Part shown: positions 50,572-62,691 of the stretch, piece after piece
Numbering within the stretch: position 1 is the stretch's first letter
How the letters are laid out: each line of letters begins with the position of its first letter
The notes under the pieces: generated by a model
What the model was told of the DNA's origin: nothing
Seen by the model: the letters and a program-made list of their open reading frames with translations, nothing else
The model's database searches: none
Source: Squalus acanthias
Taxonomy: Eukaryota
Reading direction: 5' to 3'
NCBI GenBank assembly: GCA_030390025.1
Contig: CM059432.1
Coordinates: 80,354,001 to 80,418,000 of the forward strand
DNA length: 64,000 nt
Made by a program: the position numbers and the translations under genes

Positions 50572-51310
50572 GGCCAGGAATTTGCGGTTGGGATGACAGC
50601 GAACTGGCAGCATTCGCAGATGCATGTGGAAATCCTGAAGTTACGGTCAGTCATTGACAGCTCCAAAACAGGCTGTACTGTGACCGCCCCCCCCCCCCCC
50701 CCACCCCCTCACAGAGCCGGCAATCTGTGTAATCAGCCAAATCAGGGAAATTGATGAAAACTTCGGCTCTTCTGCAGTAATTACGCTGCTAAACTCCCGA
50801 CTGAAAGTTAGACCCAAAGGGATGAGGTGTAACTGGGGTTTTGACAGCGTTATTCTGCTAAACAAATGTTAAGGGCCTGGAAAATTAATCTTAATTTTGT
50901 GCAGTGTGAAATTTGCCCATTTTAATAAAAAATAAACTTCTTAAGAAACTTTTCCAAAATTTTTTTTTTCCAAGTTGGTCCACCTTTATTTCAGGTTTGC
51001 CTTTCCCCCATGTGAGAGCCCCAATCTTTGTTTTGCTCTCTCTAACATTTTTAAAAAGTTAGAATTTTAAGAGCTCACTCACTTCCTTGTTCGCTGTCTG
51101 TGAGAATTCTGTGTTTTGATTGGCTGCTTAGACAGCCTCTTGACATCACAGCAGTTTGCACAAGGAAAGCCCCATTAACTTCCGTTGATTTGAATTGAAG
51201 GTTGGAAAACCCGTATTTCTCAACACAGGAATCACGATAGCCTTGTGTAAAGCGTATTTTGGGGCCAGCAGCGAACACTTTGCTTCACTGCTGACCGCAA
51301 ATTGCGGGCC
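50572..51310. mobile_element. Harbinger-type MITE related to 45318-46127
   Basis: Ends GGCCAGGAATTTGCGGT and ACCGCAAAATTGCGGGCC; shared internal gctgtctgtgagaattct and gatgaggtgtaactg. Confidence 0.8.
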
Positions 51311-51419
51311 AATGTTTCCTGGTCATCAACCAACCTTTATTCATGTTGCTACAATTCTTCTTATACCACGTGCCTGAATTTTTCTAACAAGGCTCTTGTG
51401 AGACATCTAGTATGAAAAA

Positions 51420-52925
51420 AATCTTGCAGCTACTGTAAAGGAAAATTAGGAAGATTTTTACAAACACATTGGGAAAAATTGAATCATTCAGCAAAGGGTG
51501 GGAGCACTCAAAAATGCCATGGTGAGATTGTTATGATAGATAAGGAAATGGTAGATTTGCTTAATTGTTTACAGAAGAGAGTGAAGGACGTATTCAAAGT
51601 CTGTGCATAAGGAAATAGAAGGACAATAGATATATGCATTAATACAGAATGGATCTTAAGAGGTTGAGGGTGCTAAGTATTGATAGATATACAGGACCAG
51701 AATACTGAAATGATGTTAGCGAGGAAGTGGCAGCGAGACTAACCATTATTTTTCAAAATTCATTAGAGACAGAAGCTGTACTGGAGGGTGATAATTTTTA
51801 CATCTTGGTTGAAAAAGGGGGAAAAGGATAAGCCAAACAGCTATCGGGCAGTTAGCTTTATGTCAATAGTAAGAGAATTACTAGAGACTATAATTAGAGA
51901 TAAAATAAATGAATACTTAGAACGGTATGGACTGATAGAAATAGTCAAATTAGATTTGTTAATGATAATTCATGTTTGACTACCCTGATAACATTTTTTG
52001 AGATTAACAGAAAATATAGTTGGGAGAATGTGCCAGACATAGTTAATATGAACTTCCAGAAAGCATTTGATATGGTGCTGCATAAGAAATCGGTGGTGAA
52101 AATGAGGGCATGTGGCATAAAAGAAAAAAATGGAGGTATGGATATAGAGATGGCTGAAAGGTGGACAGCAAAGGGTTGTGGTAAGCAGATATTTCTCAGA
52201 CAAGGTAAATCCAATGGTAGGTAAATTAAAGTCACAAGGGCATCTCAATACATGTACAGGAAACTTTCGTTTATCCGGCACCCAAATATCCGGAATTCTC
52301 GCTTAACCGGCAAAAAGCATCCTCCGAAAACTCCTCTCAAATAACCGGCAATGTTGCCGAGTCGCAGTCGAGTCTCCGCGAACGCCGAGTGCTCCGAAAA
52401 ATCCTCTCAAATAACCGGCAATGTTGCCGATCCCGAGTCCGCGAACGCCGATTTAGTCAGTAGGGGTACTTTTCAAAAGTGCCACTACTCGGCCTCCTGG
52501 CGCTGTCGCAAGTCCGAAACATTGCAGTCGCTTGAATAGATTCTCCCGTGCTGCTTGGAGTCTCTTTGTTAAAAATAGCCTCGGTAGATATAACTCTCTG
52601 TTATCCGGTACTTTCGATAAACCGGCACCACGCCGGTCCCGTCGATGCCGGATAAACGAAAGTTTCCTGTACTAGGTACATAAATTAGAAGAAACCTTTT
52701 CACACAGTTATAAGAATATGGAATTCTTTGCCACAAGTGGTGATTGATACTAAATCGATTACAGCAGCCAAAAAGGTACTAGATAATTGCTCAAAGAAGA
52801 ATACTAAAGGATGAGGGTAGAAAGTAAGAAGATGGGTCTGTGTGAATTGAACCACTGAGAGGGGCCTAAACTCAGCACAGGCAGGGACTGTGGAATGGCT
52901 TCCTACTGTGCTAAAATCTCTATCG
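51420..52925 (+). mobile_element. Old CR1 fragment interrupted by a pogo-type MITE
   Basis: KKGEKDKPNSYRAVS, MNFQKAFDMVLH. Confidence 0.7.
52257..52669. mobile_element. Tc1/mariner-superfamily (pogo/Tigger-like) MITE, 413 bp
   Basis: Perfect 24-bp inverted repeats CAGGAAACTTTCGTTTATCCGGCA; TA on both flanks; internal repeats of TAACCGGCA. Confidence 0.93.
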
Positions 52926-53904
52926 GCTTTGATTCCAGGGGAAGGACAGCTGGAAGTTGGGGTGATGAGATAGTGAACACAGGTATGTTGGCAAGCTTCA
53001 GAAATGAGGGTAATTTTTCATCTTTGCATTCACATGGTGGAGCCTCACCCACCAAGAATACAAAGGCAAAAATTTGCTACGGCTACAAAGCTTTCTATTG
53101 TGAACTCTTCAGCCTTCTGATCTGAGCATTGGGACTAAAATTTCTGTAGTGGGAGAGGGTGCACCTTGGGTGGATCACCTGTGGGATGGCAGGAATTTAG
53201 TGTAGAACCAAATCCATTGGGGTTCTACCCCATTTATAATCCACCCCAAATTCCGATTTCGGAGCGGGGCGGGGGGGGGGGTGTGTGGATGAGTGCTCCC
53301 CCCACTCTCCCTACCTCAATAGCCAGCTTTGGGGCATGTCTGGAGGCATTCTCTGGCTACTGTGGAAATTCTGCATAGTACATCACCCGATAGGCCCAGC
53401 TCTGAGGAGGCGTAGGTCTTGTATGGGCTTTGGAAGGCCCCCAGATTGTCCAAAAGAAATGCTGCCCCTTTTCATCCTTAAGAACATTGAAAAAAACTTA
53501 CGTACCTCACTTTTTTCAGCCCTTTTCAGGCTTCAAGGTCTACCTGTTGGATTGACAGGGCACCACTCGGTCTATCGACAACTTATTGGGGTGGGTGCCT
53601 CAGTAGCACCTCTGCAGGCGTGGATCACCCACCCTATTCAAGTGACTCTGTTCACTCAATTTGGGATGGGTTAAATGCCAGGTCACAGTGACGACCTGAA
53701 GCCACACCACACTTCTGATGGCAGAGTAGGGACCTTGACTTAAGTAATTTTTGATTTTTGTACATCCCTTATTTTCTTTACAGCAGACGTTTCTGGTGAT
53801 TTGAAGTGAGTCTATTGGCATTTGGGGTGAAGGAGGTAGGTTGACACTTTGGTGTAGATCCTTTGTCAGAAATCAACTGGTATGATGAGGGGTCAGGGGG
53901 AGCC

Positions 53905-54960
53905 TGTTTTTTTTTCTCTTATTGACACATTTATTCCTGGTCCCTAGTTGCTCTAAGGAGGTGGTAGTGGACCTTCTCCTTGAACCACTGCAGTGCTTGT
54001 GGTGATGGCACTCCCACAATAGTGATAGGTTGGAAATTCCAGTGTCGGTGAAGGAATGGTGATATATGTCCATGTCAAGATGGTATCTGATTTAGAGGTG
54101 ATGGTGTTCCTCCGATATTGCTGCTGGCAGGGGAGGGGTGGGGGCGGTGGTAATAAAGTAAGTTTAGTGATTTGCTCAGTACATTCTGTAGATTGTACAT
54201 TCTGCAGCCACTGTGCACTGGTAGTGGAGGAAATGGATATTGAGTCTCATGGCAGTGACGCTGATGAAATGACTTCCTTTGTTGTGGATGATGATCAAGT
54301 TTCTTTGGTCTTGTTGTGGCTGCACCCAACCAGGAGAGTGGTGAGTATTCTATCACACTTCTGACTTGAAACATTCAGATGGTGGAAGGGCTTTCGGAAT
54401 CAGGAAGTGCGACACTCTTTGCAGAGTACCCAGCCACTGCCCTGCTGTTGGTCCAGTTCAACTTCTGGTCAATGGTGATGGCGGTGCCGTTAAAAGTCAG
54501 GGGGATGTGGCTGGGCTTTCTCTTATTCAAAATGGTAATTACTTGGCATTTATACGGACAATGTTACCTGCCACTTGTTAGTCGAAACCTTGGTGTTATC
54601 CAGACTCTGCTGTCATCTGGCATGAGATGCTTGATTATCAGAAGAGTTGTGAACGGAGCTGAACACTGGAATCATCAATGGAAAGCCCCACTCCTGACCT
54701 TATGGAGGGAAGACCATTAATGAAGCAGTGGAAGATGGTTGGGCTGAGAACTTCAGAAGGAACTGCAACAATGCCTTGGGGCTGTGATGATTGGCCTCTT
54801 AACGATCACAACTATTTTTCTCTAGCCAATGGAAGGAATTCCCTTTGATGCCCATTGACCTCAGTTGTGCTAGGGCTCCTTGCTGCCATACTCAATCGAA
54901 TCGTGCTTTGATGTTGAGGGCAGCTACTCTCAACTCTCTTTGGACATTCAGTTCTTGCAT
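53905..54960 (-). mobile_element. Old family-B LINE fragment
   Basis: QVRSVIEYSPLSW, VAALNIKARFD. Confidence 0.8.
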
Positions 54961-56074
54961 CTGTTTTTTATTCATTTCATGAGATGTGGGCGTCGCTGCT
55001 CGGCTAGCTTTTATTGCCCATCTATGTCCTGATCGGGGCTGTGATGATGTCTTGAGAAATCCCAGCAGCTCCCTTGTTATTCTTTTGATTTCTTTGAAGA
55101 TGTTCATGTTGCTTTGCTTTAACTGTTGAATTAACTGTTGACAAGGCCAATAAAAATTGTGTTCATTGCCAGAATGCCTCATGACTGCTGATAAGTGCAG
55201 TAAATATGAAATGACAGGGAAGTACTTTAACGGACATATAAATTAAGTGTTTTCAGTATGTTGGCTAATTCGACATATTAATATTGTCACTTGATAACTC
55301 AGCAGGCCATTAATGCCACAATTAGTATTTAGCCCTTGAATGACTACAGTTCAGTACCAAAATCAACAACAGCTGGCTATGGCTGACTAGACCTGAAATA
55401 TAACTGTAATGTCCTGTTTATGCTAATTCATTCTTGAGTGTTTGCCCCTTCTATTTGTGAATTGCCCTGTCTATACTGCAGAGCAGTTTGAACATCAGTT
55501 CCTCCCACCTGTGCTCTAGCTGCCCTTCAAATAACTTTCATGGGAACTACCTTGGATATGGCTCCTCTTGCTTCACAAAAGAAGCTGGAAAATTGCAAAA
55601 AATAAAACCTGTTCATGTATGTTAATTTATTGCTAATTAACATACATGCTAATCTAGAAATCTATCAAAAGCTAGTCAACAAATTTCAAAAAAACTGACA
55701 ACTCAAAAACGGCTCAGAATATAGGCCTCGGACACTAAAAATACAGTGGGGCAAGGACTCAATATGACACAAGTTGCAGGTATATCCATCACCTGTGTAG
55801 GAATTTTCCCTCATTTCTTCTGAGAAATTGTAGATGTAAAGTGATCTTCTCTGTTGCTAAATCTGATTGTTAAATTGTTTATGCACTGTCCCAATGACAG
55901 AGCAGCACTCTTCTCTCCCCCTTCCAGCTGGCAATCTGATCCTATTGTAATTCAAACTTGCGCTCTTCTTTCCTGGCTTCTGACCTGTACTTTAAGCTGC
56001 TGCTCTTCTGGAAATCAAACTGTGCTGCACAGCAGGCTTTCCAGATCCCATGATCGTTTTGCACAAGCTGCACT

Positions 56075-56469
56075 TTTTAAAAATTTGTTCATAGGATGTG
56101 GACGTTGCCAGCAAGGCCAGCATTTATTGCCCATCCCTAATTGCCCTTGAGAAGGTGGTGGTGAGCCACTGCCTTGAATACAACTGAGGGCAGTTAAGAG
56201 TCAACCACATTCCTGTGGGTCTAGGAGTCACATAGAGGCCAGACCAGGTAAGGAGGGCAGATTTACTTTCACATTAGTGAACCAGATGGGTTTTTATGAC
56301 AATCCAGTAGTTTCATGGTCACCATTACTGATACTAGCTTTTATATTCCAGATTAATTGAATTTAAATTCCCCAGCTACCATCGTGGGATTTGAACACAT
56401 GTCTTCAGATTATTAGTCCTGGCCTCTGGATTATTAGTCCAGTAACATAACCACTATGCTACCATACCC
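56075..56469 (-). mobile_element. tRNA-headed SINE with a family-B LINE tail
   Basis: Minus-strand head ggtagcatagtggttatgttactggactaataatccagagg...gttcaaatccc; 56085-56180 closely matches the LINE 3' end at 5113-5210. Confidence 0.85.
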
Positions 56470-57979
56470 ACTATCCCCAGAGCAGTATTCGCATCAGGTA
56501 AGAGTCAGCAGCGGTATCAAGGAGTTGAGAATTATGCTAATTTTAATACACAAATATGGACAAGCAGACACTGACCCTAAAACGCTGGCCATGTAAAACA
56601 CAGATGGCTGGGGCATAGATGTTGCATTGTAGAGCCTGCTACTGATGGGGACCATGCATTTACAAAGCTATAGAAATCTGGTTTACTTTACTCTGAATTC
56701 TCTAAATTTATGAGCCCTGAATTTCCGAGAGAGATCTCCTAGTCTCCTGGCATAACTATAACTACCCGTTAACCCTTAATTAAGCAGTAATCTGCTTACT
56801 GAAGAATATGTAGGATGCCCACCATGTTCTCCCATCACCTTTTAAAGGCAGGAAATAACACATTGCCAGAACAATAGGCACAGGCTAAAGTTGCTTGATT
56901 AGATTTATTTACAGGTAAAATATATAGAAGCAAAAGGACACAGAAAAATACTAAAACAGCATATTATTTTAAAAGAAACAAGTGGTTACATACCCTGTTT
57001 TGCAAGCTCTCACTTCTCAGAACATTCTTGGAAAAAATGTTCTCTGATGATAAATATGTGAGATTGTTACTTGTGTAGCCTCAATTGGCCTCCAGCAGAT
57101 GTCAGCATCAAGTCAAAATAGAGAACTGAAGAAAATGAGACAATGTCTGAATTATATTGGTGCCTTTCCTTTGATCTAAAAGCAGAGTATTTCAAGGTTT
57201 GAGCTGAACACACAAACATCACTGCAAACCATATGTTCATGGCTCAGGAAATGAGCCTCATCTCAGTGATAATCACACCTTCCCAATTCCAATGATTTTT
57301 AGCACTTGGCATCATTCTGAAAGCACAAATTTATTCATGTGGTTGAAATAGAATCATATACACAAACTAACTCTTGTCCTTCAAAGAATGTATAATCTAA
57401 ATTAGGATGCAAGATTATTGGAAGTTGACCAAGCTCTATCGCCTACAGCAGCTGGTATGATGTTTAAAAGAAGTGTTTGAACTTCATTTTGAAACTTTGG
57501 GCTAGAAATTAGGCTCCTTTGCGCCTCCCGATATCGCTTCCGGGGGCGCTAATGGGTTTGCGACCGGGCGCGGCGATATCAGCGCCTCCTGCTAAATTCG
57601 GCGGGAGTTTAGCTGCGGCGGTAAGATGTTGCGACCCGATCTCCTGCACCCGAAGATTGTGACGTCATTACTGTGCGCAGCGCCCCAATTGCGCACCGGA
57701 TGAAAAATTCCCTCTCGTCCCCTGCTTGTGCGCTTGCCATTAACAATGACAGGTAGAGGAGGCGACTTTCAGTTGAATGTCCCCTAGAGGAGCGCTATTT
57801 AAAGGCGTCCACTTCCGGTGTAGTTTTCGTCGGCCAACAATGCTGCGTTGTTAATTTAACATAGGCTAAGAGGCCTTTGACCGATTTGCCCGTTTTGCAT
57901 TTCAACGAGTGTTCTGGTACATAAAGATTATTGAGTTTCATTGAGGGGTGATTTGAAAGTGCAATATTTGTATCCTTTC

Positions 57980-59130
57980 ATGGGGCTGTACTGGCACTGA
58001 ACCTCGCCCTCCAACGTCAACGTCGGAGGCAACTGAAGCACAGAGAAAGAGTGCAAAATGTGGCCAGAGGTAGGAGGGCCAACAGGACTCTCAACAGGAG
58101 GCCTTACCCACCCCAGGGTATTCCGGCAGCAGTTCTCCTACATGCATTTCACTGAGGACCAGTGTGTTTGAAGGTTCTACTTCAGCAAGGACGTGGTCAC
58201 AGAGCTCTGCCACCTCCTGCAGCCAGACCTCGAGCCTGAGATCAGGATCACCACGGCTCTCAGTGTCAGTCAAGGTCACCGTTGCCCTCAATTTCTACGC
58301 CAGCAGATCATTCCAGTGTGCGACAGGCGACATCTCCAACATCTCCCAGTTTACCGTCCATTGCTCCATCCACCAGGTCACAGATGCTCTGCACAGAAGG
58401 AGAAGAGACTACATTTCCTTCCCCATGACCAGAGAGAAGCAGCGCGAGCGTGCATGTAGCTTTGCCAGTATAGCAGGCTTTCCCATGGTGCAGGGCGCCA
58501 TTGACTGCACCCATGTCGCTTTGCGGGCAGCTCATAACAATCCTGAGGCATTCCAGTAACCGCAAAGGCTACGACTCACTTAATGTGTAGTTGGTGTGCA
58601 ACCACACACGGCGAATCCTGGCCGTCAATGTCCGCTATCCTGGCAGCAGCCACGATGCCTTCATCCTGCGCCAGACCAGTGTGCCAGACCTGTTCCAGCC
58701 ACCACATGAAGCTTGCGGCTGGCTGCTGGGAGACAAGGGCTATCCGCTCTCCACCTGGCTCATGACTCCCCTCCGCAACCCCAACACTTGTGCCCAGCAC
58801 TCCTATAATAAGAGCCATGCTGCTATCAGGAACATCATTGAGCAGACCATCAGAGTGCTCAAGCAACGGTTTCGCTGCCTTGACCGCTCGGGTGAGCAGG
58901 TGTCACTTTTCGTCGTCGTCTGCTGCGTGCAGCACAACTTGGCCATTATGAGGGTGCAGCCATTGCCACCAGGCATAGCTACACCACCTCGAGTAGGAGG
59001 AGGAGGAGGAAGAGGAGGAGCAGGAGGACCAGGAGGACGAACAGCAGCGACGGAGGAGGCAGCCACTCAATCGGCGTTCTGTAAGGTCGGTCCTTGACCA
59101 CCTCATCAGACTTAGTTTCCCGTCATTTTG
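57980..59130 (+). pseudogene. Harbinger (HARBI1-like) DDE transposase, disrupted
   Basis: [62 protein letters not shown]; stops near 58557 and 58588, plus frameshifts. Confidence 0.92.
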
Positions 59131-59279
59131 AGACCTCGTTCCGGTTGCTGAGCACGTCGCCATCATTCCATCACTTTGTGATTCCATACCACACCCCAGA
59201 ACTGAAATGAGACACAGCACCAAATCTGCAACATTCCAGTAATAAATTTATCAAAAACCATTAACCAAAATAATATTGA

Positions 59280-61166
59280 CTAATCACCCTTGTGCAAACC
59301 CTTGCCTCCCCTCTTTACTGTTCCCTTTCCTAATCTAGTGCTCCTACGTAGTGTCTCCCCAGTGGCTGCAGCATGGCTGGTGGAAGGCTGCTGAGTGTCG
59401 GTGCCAGAGACTACAGATGGCCTTGCAGGACACCCTCGACCAGCTCTGGGCCTGGAAGGCTTGGCTGTAGACTGCACCACCTCAGGCTGGGCGGCGGCAG
59501 TCTGGGCTGGCTGGATGACAGGCAGCGACAAGGGCAATGGCGGAGTGGCAGTGGTAGGATCAGGAATGCTGACATCCAGAGAGAGGACAGCAGGTTCCTG
59601 CTGCACTGACCCACTCCTACTCCCCCAGGGCAGCAGCTCAGCATCCCTACCAATCTGCTGATTGCTGGCCTGCTGCGACACCGTGAGATCCCCTGGTGGA
59701 CTGTGGTGGACCCAGTGGCGATGGCAGCAGTCACATCTTTCGTGGCATCAAGCTGAGACTGCATGAGAGCAGTCTGAGATTCGATGCCACCAACCATTGA
59801 CTGCATTACAGCACTAAGACGTTGCGTCGCATCCGCCTGTGCTGTAATGGAAGCTGCCACATCGCCCATGACACGCATCATGAGGTCTGGATCCGCACCG
59901 TCTCTCTGGAAGTCCACCATCCTCTGCACAGTGGAAATGTTGGGCTCCATGGTGTGCGCAGAGCTCTGTGCAATGTTGGAGGCAGACTCCTCCACGCTCC
60001 TTACCATTGCCGAGAGGCTCTCGGGCACTCTTGCCATTGCACCTATCATCTCGGTGTGCATGGCCATCATCCTTCTTGTGAACACCTCCCCATCGAGACC
60101 TTCATCTGAGTCCTGTGCAGCAGAAGTCGCGCGCGAACCCGCCCTCTGGGGAGCTGGTTCCCGAGCTACCCTTTCCCCCTGGCCTTGCAGCAGCCTGCTC
60201 GTTCCCAGTGCATCACCCAGTGCAGACCCCTCTACTAAAGTTGCCTATATTCGTGTAGTGCCAGTATCTGAGGTGGTGCCTGTGGGTGAGAGATGCAGTG
60301 ACACGATGCTTTGCTCCTCCTCCTCCTCTTCTTCCTCACTCTCAGTGGGGGGCTCAGGGATAGGCTGGTCATCTGGTTGCTGATTATCTGAAAGCATAAA
60401 GGCACAAGACTCGTGTTAAGGTGAGGGCAGGGGGGCAGGAATGGAGCAAGGAATGCAGACATTCTCAGGAGGTGGCAAGTGAGAAAGGTTTATGATGTGA
60501 GGGGGAAGTGGGATGAGAGGAGAGGGGCTGAAGATACTGTTTTTGCCCCCATCGGGGTCGACGTCGCCGACGGCCACGCCACCCACCACCTGCTGCCCAA
60601 TGAGTCGCAGCACTCACTCCTCAAGGTCTGAGAGCTGCTGGAGCTGCACATCACCCCTGCCTGTTCTCTGCTGCTCCCTCTTATTGTGGGCCATCTTGGC
60701 CTGCAAGAGAAACGAATGTGTTTGAGTCAGAGTCCAGCTATGTGTTTGGGAGATATGCCTGCCGTCGTTGAATAGCTGTGATTGTAGGCAAGGCGTGAGA
60801 TGTGGATGTGAGTTTGAGTAGGTGAAGATGTTTGGTGGGTGAGTGGTGGTGGTATGGTTGTTTGCGCAGTGTGCACAGACTGAGGTTCAGATGCTGGTAT
60901 GTAGGAGCTGTTGAAGCATGTACTCACCTTGACCACCCGACTGAGGTCGTTGAATTTCTTGCGGCACTGTGTCAGGCTGCGTTCCAGCACACTACTGGCT
61001 GAAACCTCCTGGGACACTTCCCTCCACATTGCCCTGAACACCTGAGGCGATGGCCTCCTTCCAGTGGCCGGGAACAGCATTGCCCTCCTTCGCTCCACTC
61101 CAGCCCCAATGCCACGTCTGTGAACCAACGAGCTCTCTCCCTGGGAGTGGGAACAGCCATAGCCAT
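59280..61166 (-). pseudogene. Harbinger Myb/SANT-like DNA-binding protein, three exons, disrupted
   Basis: RERARWFTD..WREVSQEVSA..RSLTQCRKKFNDL; donor AAG/GTGAGT after 60928; acceptors before 60700 (AKMAHNKREQQRTG) and 60387. Confidence 0.85.
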
Positions 61167-61849
61167 CAGGGGATTCACTTGCTCGCAGGTCGCCTCAAAG
61201 CCAGCAATGCTGAAGATGAGCATCTGCATAATGATGCAACCTCCCCTTTAAGAGCTGGAAGGAACCAATGTCAAGGATCATTGCTGAATGCATTGCACCT
61301 GAAATTCATCAGTGCTCTGCTGGTAGCGCCCCACTGAGCTCATTAGCGCTTGACTTAGCTCCCCACTTCCTTCTTGGGGCGCTAACACCCAATTTACAAG
61401 AAGTTCAGAATCCTTAGCGCCTGGTGCTAAATTTTCAAAATGTCAAAAGTTAGTGCCCCAAACGGGACGACTGTGCAAATGAAATTTAAAAAAAAATTGT
61501 GTTTGCAAACAGACAAATGTGCGTGGGTGTTAGAAGATTAATGGGACTCAGAGTTTCCATTTAACTTTTTTGTAGCCACCAGTCCACTTCTTAAAAATAT
61601 AGTTGTTAAAAGAACTAAACCTAATAAAGATCTCCTTGAGTGACTAATTTCGTTGGTGTTTAGGTTCCCATGCGGGGTTTTTATTGTTTTGCCCTGAGAT
61701 GCACAGTGTATATGTGGACGGAAATATCCTGTTTGCATCTAATCTCAACAGGGGCTCCACAGTTGAGTTTACTGCACTGCGGTGGAATGTTGCATAAGAA
61801 TGCAGCTAGTAATTACAGCGATATAACTGTAAACATAGCAACCTTTAAA

Positions 61850-62287
61850 GGAAAGAAAGACCTGCATTTCACGATCTCAGGATGTCCCAAAGCGGTTTAC
61901 AGCCAATGAAGTACTTTTGAAGTGCAGTCACTGTTGTAATGTAGGGAACATGACAGCCAAATTGCGCACAGTAAAGTCCCACAAACAGCATTGTGATAAT
62001 GACCAGATAATCTGTTTTTTAGTGATGTTGGTTGAGAGATAAATATTGGCCAGGACACCGGGAAGAACTCCTCTGCTCTTCTTCAAAATAGTGCCATGGG
62101 ATCTTTTACGTCCACCTGAGAGGGCAGACAGAGCCTCAGTTTAACATTTCATCTCATCTGACAGTGCAGCAATCCCTCAGTACTGCACTGGAGTGCCAGC
62201 CTAGATGTTGTGCTCAAGTCTCCGGAGTAGGCCTTGAACACACAACCTTCTGACTCAGAGGCGAGAATGCTACCAACGGAGCCACCC
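61850..62287 (-). mobile_element. Near full-length tRNA-derived Deu-domain-type SINE
   Basis: Head ggtggctccgttggtagcattctcgcctctgagtcagaaggttgtgtgttcaag with A/B-box-like motifs; core tctcaggtggacgtaaaagatcccatggcactattt; L2-like tail. Confidence 0.85.
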
Positions 62288-62691
62288 CAATAATAATAAT
62301 TACTCTAATAATCAAGAGAAACTGAAACCAAATAAAAGGAAAATAATGAACTCTGAGTTCCTATAATTATTGCTCAAAAACAGAAGGAGCCCACCACCTA
62401 TGTATAAAAGGAACATCTCCAGATTCATGTCTTTAAAAAAGTTGAAATCATCTCTTTCAATTGCCAAGTTCTGATACAACAATCCAGATTTTTTTTTAAA
62501 TTTGAGAAACAAAGTAGTAGGTCAAGGTCCTTCGCGCTCTAAAGCACCATCATCAACATTGTCCTCTGCACTACCTCAGTCACCATTAATGCCCATCCTT
62601 TGCTAAATGGCCACCTTAATTTACACTATCAGAACGAAACACTTAGAGAAAGGTCAGATGAAGTGCAACAAATTCAATTCCTTATTTTGTG

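Larger units (their letters stand above)
57499..61490. mobile_element. Decayed autonomous-type PIF/Harbinger transposon with two convergent genes
   Basis: Left end GGGCTAGAAATT; transposase on +, Myb/SANT-like gene on -; right terminal repeat not clearly preserved. Confidence 0.9.

Noticed and set aside
57980..59130. Host HARBI1 gene
   Set aside because: Stops and frameshifts, a convergent Myb-like partner and a terminal repeat indicate a transposon copy.
62215..62287. tRNA gene (also 56380-56469 and 42160-42240)
   Set aside because: These tRNA-like segments are degenerate SINE heads continuous with SINE bodies.
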